Source of the DNA: Phoronis australis
Lineage: Eukaryota; Animalia; Phoronida
Assembly: GCA_002633005.1 (NCBI GenBank)
Contig: NMRA01000342.1
Span: 272,056 to 336,055, forward strand
DNA: 64,000 nucleotides
Direction: 5' to 3'
How positions within the stretch are numbered: the stretch's first letter is position 1; each line of letters starts with the position of its first letter. The position numbers and the translations under genes were made by a program. Below the pieces are notes generated by a model that saw only the letters and a program-made list of their open reading frames with translations, did no database searches and had not been told where the DNA came from. This document shows, piece after piece, positions 63,376 through 64,000 of this stretch.

Positions 63376-64000
63376 CTCTATTCTAAAGACTACTAGTACA
63401 TCAGCTCTATTCTAAAGACTACGAGTACATCAGCTCCATTCTAAAGACTACGAGTACATCAGCTCTATTCTAAAGACTACGAGTACATCAGCACTATTCT
63501 AAAGACTACGGGTACATCAGCACTATTCTAAAGACTACGAGTACATCAGCTCCATTCTAAAGACTACGAGTACATCAGCACTATTCTAAAGACTACGAGT
63601 ACATCAGCACTATTCTAAAGACTACGGGTACATCAGCACTATTCTAAAGACTACGAGTACATCAGCTCCATTCTAAAGACTACGAGTACATCAGCACTAT
63701 TCTAAAGACTACGAGTACATCAGCACTATTCTAAAGACTACGGGTACATCAGCACTATTCTAAAGACTACGAGTACATCAGCTCCATTCTAAAGACTACG
63801 AGTACATCAGCACTATTCTAAAGACTACGAGTACATCAGCTCTATTCTAAAGACTACGAGTACATCAGCACTATTCTAAAGACTACGAGTACATCAGCAC
63901 TATTCTAAAGACTACGGGTACATCAGCTCTATTCTAAAGACTACGGGTACATCAGATCTATTCTTAAGACTACGAGTACATCACCTGTATTCTAAAGACT
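63376..64000. repeat. 29-bp minisatellite (CACTATTCTAAAGACTACGAGTACATCAG) with 116-bp higher-order repeat; runs off the window
   Basis: The CTCC variant occurs at 63434, 63550, 63666 and 63782 (period 116 = 4 x 29). Confidence 0.97.

Noticed and set aside
63376-64000. CRISPR-like 29-bp repeats
   Set aside because: Monomers are head-to-tail with no unique spacers, there are no cas genes, and the context is eukaryotic.

Overview
AT-rich, intron-rich animal genomic DNA, not prokaryotic. The repeat repertoire and gene structure suggest a marine invertebrate, possibly a deuterostome (inference). Almost none of the ORF-track entries are real genes. The window is dominated by the 5' part of one large minus-strand gene for a secreted ADAMTS-like protein of the THSD4/ADAMTSL6 (ADAMTSL4, lonely heart) group. 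Five phase-consistent exons were assembled by hand: 58626-58546 (signal peptide), 35688-35540, 31920-31842 (GC donor), 30577-30475 and 28626-28490. No further homologous exon was found, so the gene apparently continues past the left edge. The long following intron holds a second ATG/signal-peptide exon (19350-19294) in the phase expected for a vertebrate-style short 'beta' isoform. Nested antisense in the introns are a nine-copy tRNA-Glu cluster (TTC and CTC isoacceptors with otherwise identical bodies, plus decaying copies) and an intron-containing tRNA-Tyr. The rest is MITEs (several with 5-bp TSDs), SINEs, decayed piggyBac/LINE/Penelope/DIRS-like fragments, minisatellites with higher-order structure, and two probable assembly duplications at N gaps. 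No CRISPR array or convincingly new multi-gene system was found.
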